From positions 68,140,001 to 68,204,000 of the forward strand of contig NC_086108.1 of NCBI RefSeq assembly GCF_963921235.1: a DNA stretch of 64,000 bases, given 5' to 3'. Under the pieces are notes generated by a model, which saw only the letters and a list, made by a program, of their open reading frames with translations, was not told the DNA's origin and searched no databases. The translations under genes and the position numbers were made by a program. Position 1 is the stretch's first letter; every line of letters starts with the position of its first letter. The stretch comes from Mobula hypostoma. Lineage: Eukaryota. Below are positions 62,201 to 64,000 of this stretch, in pieces.

Positions 62201-63470
62201 TCGAATTTTAGTAATTTGTTGTTTAGCTTTAGAGCGTCTTAGTTGATTGACTAAAAATTTACCAGATTTATCACCATGAATATAAAACCCGCTCTTACTT
62301 TCGAGAAGTTGGCATTCAATTGGATGAGTGCAAATAAGGTCAAACTTAGTTTGAAGTTCCACTCGCTTCTTGTACAGTTCCGGATTTTTGGTCTGAGCAT
62401 ATAGTTGGTCGGTTGCTTTTATTTGACTGACCAGATCTAATTGCACTGTATAGGTCTTTCTTTTTAAATTCACAGTATATGAAATTATTTGACCCCTTAG
62501 ATACGCTTTCATGGCATCCCAGACAACCTGAGTTAAGGTTTCAGATGACATGTTAATATCTAAAAAAAGTTATTTGGTCCTTCGTAAATTTTATAAAATC
62601 ATTATCTGACAACAGGGTCAGATTAAAATGCCAGTGTTTATACATTTGAGGGAGACAAGGAAAAAATATGGACAGGGTAACTGGGGCATGATCTGAAATC
62701 AATATACTCTGATAATCACAAGTGCAGACAGATGGAATCAGCAGATTATCGATTAAAAAATAATCGATTCTAGTAAAAGTATGATGGATATGAAAAAAAA
62801 TCTCTCTCACTTGGATGAAGAAAACGCCAAACATCAGAGATACCATAATTAGAAAGGAAAGACTGAATAGGCCTTTTGGCCCATCAAGTCCATGCTGATT
62901 ATTAATCTGCCCAGAACCAATGCACCTGCAACATAGCCCTCCATACCCCTCCCATCAATATACTTAGCCAAACTTCTCTTAAGTTTCGAAATGGAACCCA
63001 CATCCACCACTTACTCTGACAGCTTGTCCCACACTCTCACCACTCTCTGAGTGAAGAAGTTCCCCCTCATGTTCCCCTTAAATATTTTAATAGTCATCCT
63101 TAACCCATGACTTATAGTTCTAGTTTCACCCTATGCCAGTGGAAAAAGCCTGCTTGCACTTACCCAATCTACACCACACCTAATGTACAGCTCTATCAAA
63201 TCTCTACTCATTCACCTGTGCTCTAGGAAATAAAGTCCTAGCCTGTTCAACATTTCCCTAGAAGAAAGTCATAGCCTGTTCAATATTTCCCTAGAAGTTA
63301 GGTCCTCAGGTCCCAACTTGTAAAGTCTCTTTCAATCTTATTGATAACTTCTCTGTACGTAGGTGACCCAGAACTGGACAGAATACTCCAAATTAAACCT
63401 TATGCAAAAACCGCAAACATCTTACACAAACTTCCACATAACATCCCAGTTCCTGTACTCAATACTTCTA
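59209..63470 (-). mobile_element. Old CR1 3' end split by an L1 (pieces 59209-59252 and 62869-63470)
   Basis: GAAACAGGCCTTTT|...|AGGCCTTTTGGCCCATCAAGTCC restores the CR1 3' UTR complement. Confidence 0.8.
59253..62868 (-). mobile_element. L1-clade LINE, 5'-truncated within the endonuclease domain, multiply frameshifted
   Basis: TRIDYFL..ISDHAPV, KSPGPDGF, YRTISLL, ISEDQTGFI, ISLDAEKAFDRVEW, QGGPLSPLLF, GGMALPNF and a C-terminal Cys motif (CDKC..LIHM). AATAAA and the poly(A) complement are at about 59250. A 9-bp TSD AGGCCTTTT lies at 59244-59252 and 62869-62877. Confidence 0.95.
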
Positions 63471-64000
63471 TACAATAGAAAGTTCTAAAATAGAAAATAG
63501 ACGCCAATTTGGAAAGCTATTAACTAATTATGGTTATTTTTAATCGCATAATTTTTCAAGGCAATTGGATATTCAGATAAAAGCTTCCAAAGCATGAGGG
63601 GTGGCAGTTTCACAGTCAGAATCAGGTTAATTATTACTGACAGATGTCGTAAAATGTGTTGTTTTGCAGCAGCAGTCCCCCTTAAATGTGTGTCTTGAGG
63701 AGTGGTTCCTTCAATTGTGAATTGGCTTCCCATCTGATCCTAAAATGGAGCATTAAAACAGATGAGCATTTTGGTCCAGGGTTGTATTTAGAAGTTCACA
63801 AAGGATTGTGATCTTCAATTGTAAGATTAATGCAATGGTACAGGTGAACTTCATCAAATGCTGCCATGTCTGGAAAGCTGTAATACACTAATGTAAACTC
63901 CAGTGGAATATCAGGCTGGAACTCAGCACTATGGCTATAAGGCCATAAGATCATAAGACAGAGGAGCAGAATCAGGCCATCTGGCCCATCAAGTCTGCAG

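Overview
Repeat-dense vertebrate genomic DNA, most likely from a cartilaginous fish. That assignment is an inference from the HE1/V-SINE-like and HER1/CR1-like repeats together with Rex-Babar, Penelope, L1 and RTE elements. The only host-gene sequence I can recognise is one minus-strand exon (54646-54857) of AGBL4/CCP6 (cytosolic carboxypeptidase 6). It keeps both splice sites but has a frameshift, a premature stop and several changes at conserved residues, so it looks pseudogenised; the rest of the window is probably intronic. The remainder is layered transposon debris: (1) three near-identical young CR1 LINEs plus many older CR1, Rex-Babar, L1 and RTE fragments; (2) a Penelope element with a GIY-YIG domain and a minimal hammerhead-ribozyme motif, plus several TSD-flanked inserts derived from its terminal repeat; (3) a full-length but decayed chromodomain Ty3/Gypsy provirus (39715-45939, ATAAC TSD) whose primer-binding site fits Tf1/sushi-type self-priming; (4) nested hAT MITEs that carry a captured Tigger end; (5) a deleted Tigger, Tc1 MITEs, modular SINEs and a solo LTR. 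Family names and identities are by eye and from memory; no database search was run. Boundaries without a stated TSD are approximate.
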